From Longimicrobiales bacterium (GTDB lineage Bacteria; Gemmatimonadota; Gemmatimonadetes; Longimicrobiales; Gaopeijiaceae), in contig CBDFIQ010000002.1 of the NCBI GenBank assembly GCA_965248195.1, positions 96,001-160,000 of the forward strand: a DNA stretch of 64,000 nt. The letters are read 5' to 3'. Positions 18,507-27,082 of this stretch are shown piece by piece. The translations under genes were made by a program, and so were the position numbers. Under the pieces are notes generated by a model. That model searched no databases. It was given only the letters and a program-made list of their open reading frames with translations, and was not told the DNA's origin. Position 1 is the stretch's first letter; every line of letters begins with the position of its first letter.

Positions 18507-18668
18507 ATGAGCATCGAGCAGAAGATCCGAAAACTACTTAAGGCAGCATGCAGGGTGGAACGCGAGGGAGACCTGCACGTGGCGGAGGTGCTCAGGAAAA
18601 TGGCCGTAGAATCCCTTCCGGCTGGCGGAATACAGACGCTTCCATCCTTCGAATGTCCTGAAGACTGA
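18507..18668 (+). CDS. Small hypothetical protein (53 aa)
   Basis: Strong SD AGGAAGGAGG; MSIEQKIRKLLKAACRVEREGDLHVAEVLRKMAVESLPAGGIQTLPSFECPED*; followed by a terminator; below the ORF-track cutoff. Confidence 0.65.
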   Translation: MSIEQKIRKLLKAACRVEREGDLHVAEVLRKMAVESLPAGGIQTLPSFECPED

Positions 18669-18694
18669 GTTGTTACTCCCGTTCGAGGCCTCGG

Positions 18695-18725
18695 GCGCCG
18701 CCTTCCCAAGGGCGGCGCTTTTTTT
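18695..18725 (+). terminator. Rho-independent terminator
   Basis: GCGCCGCC-loop-GGCGGCGC stem followed by a 7-T run. Confidence 0.85.
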
Positions 18726-19493
18726 CTAGGCGGAGGCGGACGGACCTCCGGTGGTGGGAGACATGACCCCCACGCGCTTCCTCTTCGAACGGGTTCGCTT
18801 AGCCCGGAGATTCAAAGACTCCACGAAGACCGAAAAACCCATCGCGAAGTAGATGTACCCCTTGGGGAAGTGGAAACCCACGCCCTCGGCAATGAGGCTC
18901 GTTCCGATGAGAAGCAGAAAACTCAGGGCGAGCATCTTCACCGTGGGATAATTGGATACGAAGTTCCCGACCGGGCCGGCCGAAATCATCATGACGCCCA
19001 CGGCCAGGATCACGGCCGTGACCATGACGGCTAAGTCGTCGGCCATGCCGACGGCCGTGATGACGGAGTCGAGCGAAAAAACCATGTCCAGGATCGCGAT
19101 CTGGGTCAGTACGCCGACGAACGTCGCCGCTTTGCTGCCGCCTCTTCCCTCGTCACCCTCGCCCTCCATCTTGTGGTGGATCTCGCGCGTGGACTTGGTC
19201 AGGAGAAAGAGACCACCCACGATCAAGATGAGATCGCGCCCCGACACGCCGTGCTCGAAAAGGGTGAACAGCACTGTGGTGAGCCGCATGATCAGCGTGA
19301 TGGTGAAGAGCAACAGGATCCGCGTGAGCATCGCCAGTGCCAGTCCTACCTGACGGGCCTTAGGCCGTTGTTCAGGTGGAAGCCGGTCGGCCAGGACGGT
19401 GATGAAGACAATGTTGTCGATCCCGAGAACGATCTCGAGTGTCGTGAGCGTGGCCAGTGCGATCCACGCTTCAGGGCTGGTCAAGAGGTCCAT
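18726..19493 (-). CDS. terC: TerC family integral membrane protein
   Basis: LEIVLGIDNIVFI, SGRDLILIVGGLFL, DMVFSLDSVITAVG, PKGYIYFAMGFS. Confidence 0.93.
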   Translation of the reverse strand: MDLLTSPEAWIALATLTTLEIVLGIDNIVFITVLADRLPPEQRPKARQVGLALAMLTRILLLFTITLIMRLTTVLFTLFEHGVSGRDLILIVGGLFLLTKSTREIHHKMEGEGDEGRGGSKAATFVGVLTQIAILDMVFSLDSVITAVGMADDLAVMVTAVILAVGVMMISAGPVGNFVSNYPTVKMLALSFLLLIGTSLIAEGVGFHFPKGYIYFAMGFSVFVESLNLRAKRTRSKRKRVGVMSPTTGGPSASA

Positions 19494-19987
19494 CCCACAA
19501 TTATGTACGAGGCGCGGAGTGCGAAAAAGAGGTGCACCCTGCGACGCTCGATTGGATTCGATGATTGATGGCGTTCCAACAACCGTACCTCCGCCGGGAT
19601 CTCAAATAATGAAGAGCCGGACACGTCGGTGCTCGAGCCGAGCGAATTTCATGCTCGTCGTGCCCCCAGTTGACCGCGAGCCGATCGAGCGTAGTTGGTC
19701 GAGAAAGCTCTGGAGCACCAGACTCAATACCGAGATGCAATGGACCTGGCGCCCGTGAGGCGGATCGACGCTGAAGTGGATGACGCGATCGATTTGGTGA
19801 ATCAGATGGTGCGCCACGCGCAGTCCGGCGATGGCGACGCGTTCGAGGGTGTCTACCGGGCCCATGTGGGGCGGATTCACGCGCTCTGTTTACGCATGAG
19901 CGGGGATGCACAGCACGCCGAATCTTTGACGCAGGACGTGTTCGTAACGGAACCTGTCAACGACAATGGGACACTCTACGGGATTAA

Positions 19988-20995
19988 TTAGAGAGCAATA
20001 TCCTGTGTGGTGAGGGAAGGGATGGGAGGATTGATGTAGATGGCCTCCGGGAGCGGTTTGGGCTTCGGCACACCTGTGACGAAGCGTTCGGGATGAGCGG
20101 CCCATGCTTCGCGGAGCACGGATTTCCTGCCGGCAATGACCTGATCGGCGTTCCCGAAGTGGACCTGCTCGGGGGTTAGCATCGAGATACCGCCATGGCG
20201 GTGCTCGGCATTGTACCAGCGGAAGAACGATCGACACAACGTCTTGGCCTGGCCCTGATCCCCGAACCGCCCGGGAAACGAGGGATGGTACTTCAAGGTT
20301 TTGAACTGAGCCTCGGAAAACGGGTTGTCATCCGACACCTGAGGCCGGCTCAACGAGCGAGTCACGCCGAGGTCAGCGAGAAGTTGAGCGGTGCATTGGC
20401 TCGTCATTGGAGCTCCCCGATCCGAGTGCAGGGTCAGGACCCGGGGCTGGACGCCATGCTTCAGGCAGCTCTGCTGGATCAACCGGCCGGCCAGGGCCGA
20501 GTTCTCCCGGTCCGCCACCATCCAGCCCACGACGTAGCGGCTGTAGATGTCCATGATGACGTAGAGGTAGTAATAGCTCCACTTCTTCGGCCCGAGTAGC
20601 CGCGTGATATCCCAGGACCACACCTGGTTCGGCGCCGTGGCCATCAACTCGGGCTTCTTGTACTCGGGATGGGTGCGCTGCGCCCGGCGTTCCTGAACCG
20701 GCACCTCGGAGGCCAGAACACGATACATCGTGCGTTCGCTGCACAGGTAGACCTCTTCGTCGAGCAGCGTGGCCACCACCTCGGCGGGTGAGCGGTCCAC
20801 GAACCGCTCCGAACACAGCGTGTCGAAGACCTCGCCTCGTTCCGTCTCGCTCAATGCCCGGGCGGGCGTCGGGCGGGGCTGCCGTTGCCCGGTCGATGGG
20901 CCTCGACGACGGTAGAACGTCGATCGGGAGACCTCGAGAGCCGCGCACGCCGGTTTTACACCGACGTGCTTAGCCAGCTCATCGGCCGCCTTCAA
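19988..20995 (-). CDS. IS3-type transposase OrfB (rve/DDE integrase core)
   Basis: PNQVWSWDIT, DIYSRYVVGW, LHSDRG, DNPFSEAQFKTLK, WYNAEHRH. Confidence 0.93.
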   Translation of the reverse strand: MKAADELAKHVGVKPACAALEVSRSTFYRRRGPSTGQRQPRPTPARALSETERGEVFDTLCSERFVDRSPAEVVATLLDEEVYLCSERTMYRVLASEVPVQERRAQRTHPEYKKPELMATAPNQVWSWDITRLLGPKKWSYYYLYVIMDIYSRYVVGWMVADRENSALAGRLIQQSCLKHGVQPRVLTLHSDRGAPMTSQCTAQLLADLGVTRSLSRPQVSDDNPFSEAQFKTLKYHPSFPGRFGDQGQAKTLCRSFFRWYNAEHRHGGISMLTPEQVHFGNADQVIAGRKSVLREAWAAHPERFVTGVPKPKPLPEAIYINPPIPSLTTQDIAL

Positions 20996-21441
20996 GAGTT
21001 CGTCCCGTCGTCGAGGCTTATCCCCAGCAGCCCCGCAACTTTTCCCTGCACGTCGATGATCAGGTGTGCCTTCCTGAGCTCATTCTCGAGCCGTGCGTTT
21101 TGCCGCTCCAGCTTGCGTACCTTCTCATCCAGCGGATTCCGCTCCGGCTTGCGGCCGCGTTTCTTCGACAGGGCCTTCAGCGACCCGCTATGCGCCGCCT
21201 TGCGCCACGTCGTCAGGTGCGACGAGTACAGGCCCTCGCGCCGCAGGAGCTGACCCACCTCGCCGGGCTCGGTGCACCGGTCCGCTTCTTCGACGATCCG
21301 CAGCTTGTACGATGGACTGAACCGCCGGCGTAGCGGCCTATCTATTACCTCCGGGTCCGCAGGAGCTGCCGCGCTTCGCTTGGCCTCCCCGATTCCAGGG
21401 GCACTACCATTCTCTTCCATTCTCTCTCGCAGTCCCAACAT
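20992..21441 (-). CDS. IS3-type transposase OrfA (HTH plus coiled coil)
   Basis: RRRFSPSYKLRIVEEAD..LLRREGLYSSHLTTWR, C-terminal coiled coil; overlaps orfB by TTGA in the -1 frame. Confidence 0.88.
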   Translation of the reverse strand: MLGLRERMEENGSAPGIGEAKRSAAAPADPEVIDRPLRRRFSPSYKLRIVEEADRCTEPGEVGQLLRREGLYSSHLTTWRKAAHSGSLKALSKKRGRKPERNPLDEKVRKLERQNARLENELRKAHLIIDVQGKVAGLLGISLDDGTNS

Positions 21442-21878
21442 GTTCGTTTTCTCTGCCTTCGCCCTACTCTAATTCTTTGCGTGCTCCGTGTCTCACGTAC
21501 GTTGGCAGAGAGGGTAAGGGCCTGGGAGAAGCTCTCGAGCTTCCGCGGGGAGAGCCAGTTTTCGACTTGGCTGCACCGCCTGGCCATCAACGTGGTCTTG
21601 CAGGATCGGCGATCACGGGGTCGCAGACAGGCTCGGGAGAACACGGTGGAGGATCTGGAGCATTACGCAACAGCGGTGACGCAGGCGATGCCCGGAACGA
21701 AGGTGGACCTCGAGCGGGCCATCGCCGGCTTGCCGCCCGGCGTGCGGGGGGTCTTGGTGCTCAAGGACGTACAGGGTTTCAAGTACCGCGAGATTGCCGA
21801 GATGAAGGGCGTGAGCCTCGGCACGGTAAAGGCACAAATCCACAGGGCCAGGAAACTGGTCCAAGAGGCGTTGGAGCG

Positions 21879-22622
21879 ATGACCAGACACATCGATGATA
21901 CACGGCTGAACGACTACCTCGAGGGCTTCGTTACGGAGGAGGTCGCACGAGCCGTAGCCGCGCATTTGGCGGAGTGCGAGAAGTGTTCGGGGCGGTTGGA
22001 GGCTCTGACCGAGCTCCTCTCGGAGTTGGCTGGATTGCCCGAGGACGCCATGCCGACCCGGGATCTGTGGACCGGCGTCCGGGCCGGGATCGAAGCAGGC
22101 TTGGATCACGGTGGAGTAGAGAATCAAGAAACCGTGGATGACGAGGGTGTCGCCATACCGATCCAGCGTGGGTGGTCCGCTGGGACCCGGCGATTCTCGT
22201 TTTCGGCCGCTCAACTTCTGGCCGCCTCCGTCGTATGGACTCTACTGTCCGGTGGAACCGTGTGGATGGCCCTCACCGGTGGGGCGGAGGAAGAGGCGGT
22301 GGCTGCGACCGACATCACGCCGCTGGCTGGAGACCGCGGCGGGTTTGGAAGCATCCTGCCCGCCATGCAGGTGGCGACCGCCGAGTATGAGCAAGCAATC
22401 GCGAGCCTCGAAGCGATTCTCGAACAGGGGCGAGACCGGTTGGATCCTCAGACCGTCGCGACCATCGAAGCGAGCCTAGGCATCATCGATCGAGCCATCG
22501 GGGAGGCGCGTCGGGCGCTTGCGGACGATCCCAACAATCCCGCTCTCAATCGGCTTCTGATCAAGCACGAACAGTCCAAGCTGAGGGTGCTCCGCCAGGC
22601 ATCAGCAGCCGTACAGATTTGA
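21879..22622 (+). CDS. Zinc-finger (zf-HC2) anti-sigma factor
   Basis: ATGA overlap with the sigma stop; HLAECEKC ZAS motif, one TM helix, helical C-terminus. Confidence 0.85.
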   Translation: MTRHIDDTRLNDYLEGFVTEEVARAVAAHLAECEKCSGRLEALTELLSELAGLPEDAMPTRDLWTGVRAGIEAGLDHGGVENQETVDDEGVAIPIQRGWSAGTRRFSFSAAQLLAASVVWTLLSGGTVWMALTGGAEEEAVAATDITPLAGDRGGFGSILPAMQVATAEYEQAIASLEAILEQGRDRLDPQTVATIEASLGIIDRAIGEARRALADDPNNPALNRLLIKHEQSKLRVLRQASAAVQI

Positions 22623-22675
22623 TGCAGACCGATCGAAGAAGATGACAATTCGACCATGACAGAGAGTAACCAACC

Positions 22676-23539
22676 ATGACTGGAGCCATGATCGGGGCCC
22701 TGATGGCCCTCAGCTTAGTTCAGCAGACCGACACCGTGATCGCGTTGGATGGGGCCACCGGTCTCGACATCGAGAATTCCGGGGGACGTATTTCCGTGAC
22801 CACATGGGATCGCCCCGAGATCCGAATTCAGGCGGACCATTCGCGCAGGTCGGTGATCGAGATACGACGGCGGCGCTCGGGCGTCATTTCTGTGGAAGCC
22901 GAATCGAATCTTCGTGGGGGATTCGCCTCGATCGTCGACTTCGATCTTACGGTTCCCGCTTCGCTGAACCTCTCCTTCGAAGGCTGGTCGACCGATATCA
23001 CGGTCGAGGGCTCCAGCGGGGAGATCGACGTGGAGACCTTTCAGGGGGACATCACCATCGTGGGTGGAAGGGGGTCCGTCACTGTGGAGACGGTGTCTGG
23101 TGAAATCCGCATCGACGGAGCGGAGGGGGTCATCGAGGCCAACTCGGTCGCAGAGGACATACGCGTCTCGAATTCCTCGGGGGAGGTATACGTTGAAACT
23201 GTGGGTGGCTCCATCATCATGGAGGGCATGTCTGCCACTGTCGTCGAAGCCGGGTCCGTGGGCGGACGCGTATCCTACGACGGAACCATAGTCGACGGCG
23301 GTGAATACTTCTTCGGCTCGCACGGCGGCACGGTCACGATCACAATCCCCGAGGCTTCCAACGCCTCGGTAAGCGTCGCGTCCATTCAGGGGAACATCTC
23401 GTCCGATTTTCCGGGGACCCCCGACCTGGAGAGAGGGGCCAGGAATAGGTTCACGATCGGGAATGGGGGAGCGAACATCGAGGTCGAGACGTTTGGTGGA
23501 CGGATCCTGCTTCGGCGTCAGAACGGCGACGGCCTCTAA
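22676..23539 (+). CDS. DUF4097-like beta-strand-repeat exported protein
   Basis: Signal peptide; repeated ET.xG.I.(I/V) units typical of adhesin-like beta-solenoids found after ECF/anti-sigma pairs. Confidence 0.8.
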   Translation: MTGAMIGALMALSLVQQTDTVIALDGATGLDIENSGGRISVTTWDRPEIRIQADHSRRSVIEIRRRRSGVISVEAESNLRGGFASIVDFDLTVPASLNLSFEGWSTDITVEGSSGEIDVETFQGDITIVGGRGSVTVETVSGEIRIDGAEGVIEANSVAEDIRVSNSSGEVYVETVGGSIIMEGMSATVVEAGSVGGRVSYDGTIVDGGEYFFGSHGGTVTITIPEASNASVSVASIQGNISSDFPGTPDLERGARNRFTIGNGGANIEVETFGGRILLRRQNGDGL

Positions 23540-23731
23540 CACGGGTGCGGCGGTTCTCCGCCGGTAGTGGCTCTCCCGGCCACTGCCGCGGATCGTTCGG
23601 CGGTAGGAGGCACCGTCCGTGCAACTTATGGCAGCCGAATCTCGTCTATACCTGAGAGTGTCGGGGGCTGCCCTCGACGCGGACGGTCGGTCGGGCCGAC
23701 GTCCGATTATCGGAAAACCAAGGGGAATGGG

Positions 23732-24457
23732 ATGGAGACCAGGGACTCGGGCCAAGACTCGCCGCTCATCCAGCTGAATGGGCTTAGCAAAGTGTTCTAT
23801 ACCGAAGAGGTGGAGACCCACGCGCTTTCTGAGATCCAACTGAGCATCGCCCCGGGCGAGTTCGTGTCGATAGCCGGCCCCTCGGGTTGCGGCAAGACCA
23901 CGATGCTCTCGATCCTCGGGCTCCTTGATTCCCCGACGGGAGGGGAATATCTGCTCGATGGGGACCCGGTGGCGAATCTGACCGCCTCCCAGCGAGCGAA
24001 GATCCGAAACCAGGCCATCGGTTTCATCTTTCAGGCGTTCAACTTGATCGGTGACTTGACCGTCTATGAGAACGTGGAGCTTCCCCTTACGTACAGGGGC
24101 ATGGCCGGAAGTGAGCGTAAGGAGCGGGTGCAAGCATCGCTCGAAAGAGTCGGGATGGCCCACCGAATGAGGCACTACCCGAGCCAGCTGTCGGGAGGTC
24201 AACAGCAGCGGGTGGCGGTAGCGTGCGCGATCGTCGGAAAACCGCTCATTCTCCTGGCAGACGAGCCGACGGGTAACCTCGATTCCAAGAACGGCAACGC
24301 CGTCATGGAGCTGATGAAGGAGCTACACGACGAGGGAGCCACGATCTGCATGGTGACGCACGATCCGCGATACTCGGCGGTGGCGGAGCGGGCGGTCCAC
24401 CTATTCGACGGGCAGGTCGTGGACGAGAAAGAGGCTCAGCGCGCGGTGGGAGTCTAG
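23732..24457 (+). CDS. ABC transporter ATP-binding protein (LolD/MacB-type)
   Basis: GPSGCGKT, IGFIFQAFNL, LSGGQQQRVA, LADEPTGNLD, VTHD; ATG at 23732. Confidence 0.92.
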   Translation: METRDSGQDSPLIQLNGLSKVFYTEEVETHALSEIQLSIAPGEFVSIAGPSGCGKTTMLSILGLLDSPTGGEYLLDGDPVANLTASQRAKIRNQAIGFIFQAFNLIGDLTVYENVELPLTYRGMAGSERKERVQASLERVGMAHRMRHYPSQLSGGQQQRVAVACAIVGKPLILLADEPTGNLDSKNGNAVMELMKELHDEGATICMVTHDPRYSAVAERAVHLFDGQVVDEKEAQRAVGV

Positions 24458-24583
24458 GACAGGGTCTTACTCCCCTCCCGGTTGGTTGGGTGGCTGATGG
24501 AAGGGCCTCTGAGAGATCCCCAAGAGCCGACGGGTCTGCCTGGAAGAAGGTTCGGCCAAATCCGACCTTGATCGTTCTCCTGT

Positions 24584-25630
24584 ATGGACCCATCGTCTAC
24601 CATGAGCCGGCAAGTCGATTCGGGCGCGGTCACGTTGGCCGCGCCTCCGCGGGGCCGAGAAGCCGAAGGCGGCGGGCCCACCGTCACCGTGGTTATCCCC
24701 GTGTACTTCGCGGAGGCCACCATCGGCCGCCTTGCGGAAGCCGTGATCGATGCTTTTGGGCCGCGTCCTGGGCTTCAGCTGGTACTCGTGAACGACGGAA
24801 GCACGGACGGGACGCATGCCGAGTGCGAGCGATTGGTAGAAGATCACCCCGACGTCGTGACCTACGTTCGCCTCGCTCGGAACTTCGGTGAGCACAACGC
24901 CGTGATGGCCGGCCTCCATCGTGCGGAGGGCGAATATGTTCTCATCATGGACGATGACTTCCAGAATGATCCGGCGGATGCCGTTCGGCTCGTAGAGGAG
25001 GCCCGCGCCGGGGATTTCGATATCGTCTACTCCCGCTACCCCAAGCGGCGCCACAGCCTGACTCGTGTCCTGGGCAGCAAGTTCAACGGTTGGGTTGCCA
25101 ACTTCATGATCGACAAGCCGCCCGACCTCTACTTGTCCAGCTTCAAGTGCATGCGCCATTGGCTGGTCCAGGAAATCCTCTCGTACCAGGGACCGTTCCC
25201 CTATCTGGATGGGCTTGCCCTCCGGTGTACTCGGAACATCGGGCGGGTCACAGTCGAACAGGGCGAGCGAACGGCGGGCGAATCCGGTTATACGTCGAGG
25301 AAGCTCATGCGTCTATGGGGCAACATGTTCGTGAATTTTTCTGTCATGCCACTCCGCACGAGTACGGTTTTGGGTGGGCTTCTTGTGGTTGTCGCGGTGG
25401 TCCTGAGCCTGGTTGTCCTATTCGAGACGATTTCCGGACGGCCTCTGCCCTCCGGTTGGCCGTTCCTCGCGATCGTCGTCATCTTCTTCTCCGGAGGACA
25501 GCTTCTGATACTCGGCATCATCGGCGAGTATTTGGGCCGGCTCTTCCTCACCGCGAATCGCACACCACAGTTCGTGGTCCGTGAGGAGAAGGGCCGCTCC
25601 GTCGAGGATCGACAGGGAACCGGTGGCTGA
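24584..25630 (+). CDS. GT2 polyprenol-phosphate glycosyltransferase (ArnC/GtrB-like)
   Basis: VVIPVY, VNDGSTDGT, RNFGEHNA, MDDDFQNDP, two C-terminal TM helices, LGIIGEYLGR. Confidence 0.9.
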   Translation: MDPSSTMSRQVDSGAVTLAAPPRGREAEGGGPTVTVVIPVYFAEATIGRLAEAVIDAFGPRPGLQLVLVNDGSTDGTHAECERLVEDHPDVVTYVRLARNFGEHNAVMAGLHRAEGEYVLIMDDDFQNDPADAVRLVEEARAGDFDIVYSRYPKRRHSLTRVLGSKFNGWVANFMIDKPPDLYLSSFKCMRHWLVQEILSYQGPFPYLDGLALRCTRNIGRVTVEQGERTAGESGYTSRKLMRLWGNMFVNFSVMPLRTSTVLGGLLVVVAVVLSLVVLFETISGRPLPSGWPFLAIVVIFFSGGQLLILGIIGEYLGRLFLTANRTPQFVVREEKGRSVEDRQGTGG

Positions 25631-25639
25631 TCCTACATC

Positions 25640-26248
25640 GTGACCGGAATTGGGGAGCGCTTGAGCGCTGTCCTCTCGAACCCCAGGACCTGGCACTTTC
25701 TCCGCAAGTTGCCCGAGTTCGACTATCGGCGTACGAAAGAGCGCATCCGATGCATTCTTGGGGACACCGAGGGTAACGTACTGGATCTCGGGTGCGGCAC
25801 CGGTGAATATGCGCGTCTCTTTTCGGCCCAACGGTACGTGGGGCTGGATCTGTCGCCTCCCTTTGTGCGTTATGCGTCCACCAGGCTTGGAGGCTTCGCC
25901 TTTCTCGTGGGTGACGGGGAGCGCCTCCCCTTCCCGGATGATCGGTTCCACCGCGTGCTCGTCAACGGTGTCATCCACCACTTGGACGATGGCAGCGCGG
26001 ACCGGCTGCTCCGGGAGGCGAGCCGAGTTGTGCGACCGTCGGGTGCGGTCCTCATCATCGAGGACGTGCCAAGCTCGGCTGTGAACCTACCGGGTCGTTT
26101 GATGCACGCCCTCGACCAGGGTGATCACATACGCACGGCGGAGGCCTATGGAGAACTCATCGAGCGGCATTTCTCGATCATGCGGACTGAGGCGTATCGT
26201 TCGGGGATCTGCGAATACGCCCTCTTCGAGACGGCCCCTCATGGCTGA
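25640..26248 (+). CDS. Class I SAM-dependent methyltransferase
   Basis: VLDLGCGTG, GDGERLPF.DDRF, VIHHL, RVVRPSG. Confidence 0.88.
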   Translation: MTGIGERLSAVLSNPRTWHFLRKLPEFDYRRTKERIRCILGDTEGNVLDLGCGTGEYARLFSAQRYVGLDLSPPFVRYASTRLGGFAFLVGDGERLPFPDDRFHRVLVNGVIHHLDDGSADRLLREASRVVRPSGAVLIIEDVPSSAVNLPGRLMHALDQGDHIRTAEAYGELIERHFSIMRTEAYRSGICEYALFETAPHG

Positions 26249-26323
26249 ACCCAGAGTTCCCTTTCTCGATTCATTGGGTATGGATGACTCTCCGAGCTCC
26301 GAGCGATAGGTCCGGGCCCCGAC

Positions 26324-27067
26324 GTGGAGAACTCAGAATTCGCATTGATGCGGCACCACGAGGACACCTATTGGTGGTACCGCGGAATCCGTGAGCTAGC
26401 CGCGACCGCCATTCGTAGGTACTCGAAGGGTAAGAGCCTCTCGCTCCTCGACGCCGGCTGCGGAACCGGTGGGCAGCTGGCCCGCCTCATGGGCGAGGAC
26501 CGGATCGGTCGGGTGGCGGGCCTCGATTTCTCGATGGGGGCCGTGAGAATGGCGGCTGAGCGCGGGCTCGGTGGTCTCCTACGCGGATCGACGATGACGC
26601 TGCCGTTCCGCAACAACACGTTCGACGTGGTCACCTCGATCGATGTCCTGTACATCAAAGGGGTCGACGACCGATTGGCGATGTCGGAGATGCGTCGGGT
26701 ATTGAAGCTCGGGGGACTGATCGTGCTCAACTTGCCGGCGTTCGAGATGCTGCGCGGGCGCCACGACGCGGCCGTGCAGACGCGGCACCGGTATAGGAAG
26801 TCGGAGGTGGGCGGGCTCCTCCGAGAGCACGGCTTCGACGTCCTGAAGTTGAGTTATTGGAACATGACTCTGTTTCCCGTGATGATGGCGAAGCGCACAA
26901 TGGAGCGTCTGTTTCGCAAGGGAGCGCCGCCCGCGTCGGATATGTCCGACCTTCCCGGACCCGTGAATCACATACTCACCGGGCTGATGCGGGTCGAGAA
27001 CCAAATACTTTTGGCGACCGGGATGCCTTTCGGCGGCTCGATTTTTGCGGTGGGCATGCGTCAATAG
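26324..27067 (+). CDS. Class I SAM-dependent methyltransferase
   Basis: EDTYWWY, LLDAGCGTG, LPFRNNTFDVV, RRVLKLGG, HD...TRHRY. Confidence 0.9.
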   Translation: MENSEFALMRHHEDTYWWYRGIRELAATAIRRYSKGKSLSLLDAGCGTGGQLARLMGEDRIGRVAGLDFSMGAVRMAAERGLGGLLRGSTMTLPFRNNTFDVVTSIDVLYIKGVDDRLAMSEMRRVLKLGGLIVLNLPAFEMLRGRHDAAVQTRHRYRKSEVGGLLREHGFDVLKLSYWNMTLFPVMMAKRTMERLFRKGAPPASDMSDLPGPVNHILTGLMRVENQILLATGMPFGGSIFAVGMRQ

Positions 27068-27082
27068 TACAGGCCCCCTCCA

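Larger units (their letters stand above)
19948..21513 (-). mobile_element. IS3-family-type insertion sequence (1566 bp)
   Basis: Flanked by GTAA direct repeats (19944-19947, 21514-21517); imperfect subterminal inverted repeats CTGTCAACGACAATGGGACAC / GTGTCTCACGTACGTTGGCAG; carries orfA and orfB. Confidence 0.92.
19740..21882 (+). pseudogene. ECF sigma-70 factor interrupted by an IS element
   Basis: 5' part (GDGDAFEGVYRAH..LTQDVFV, 19740-19947) and 3' part (RAWEKLSSFRGESQFSTWLHRLA..YREIAE..GTVKAQIHRAR, 21518-21882) rejoin in frame when the IS and one GTAA copy are removed. Confidence 0.92.
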
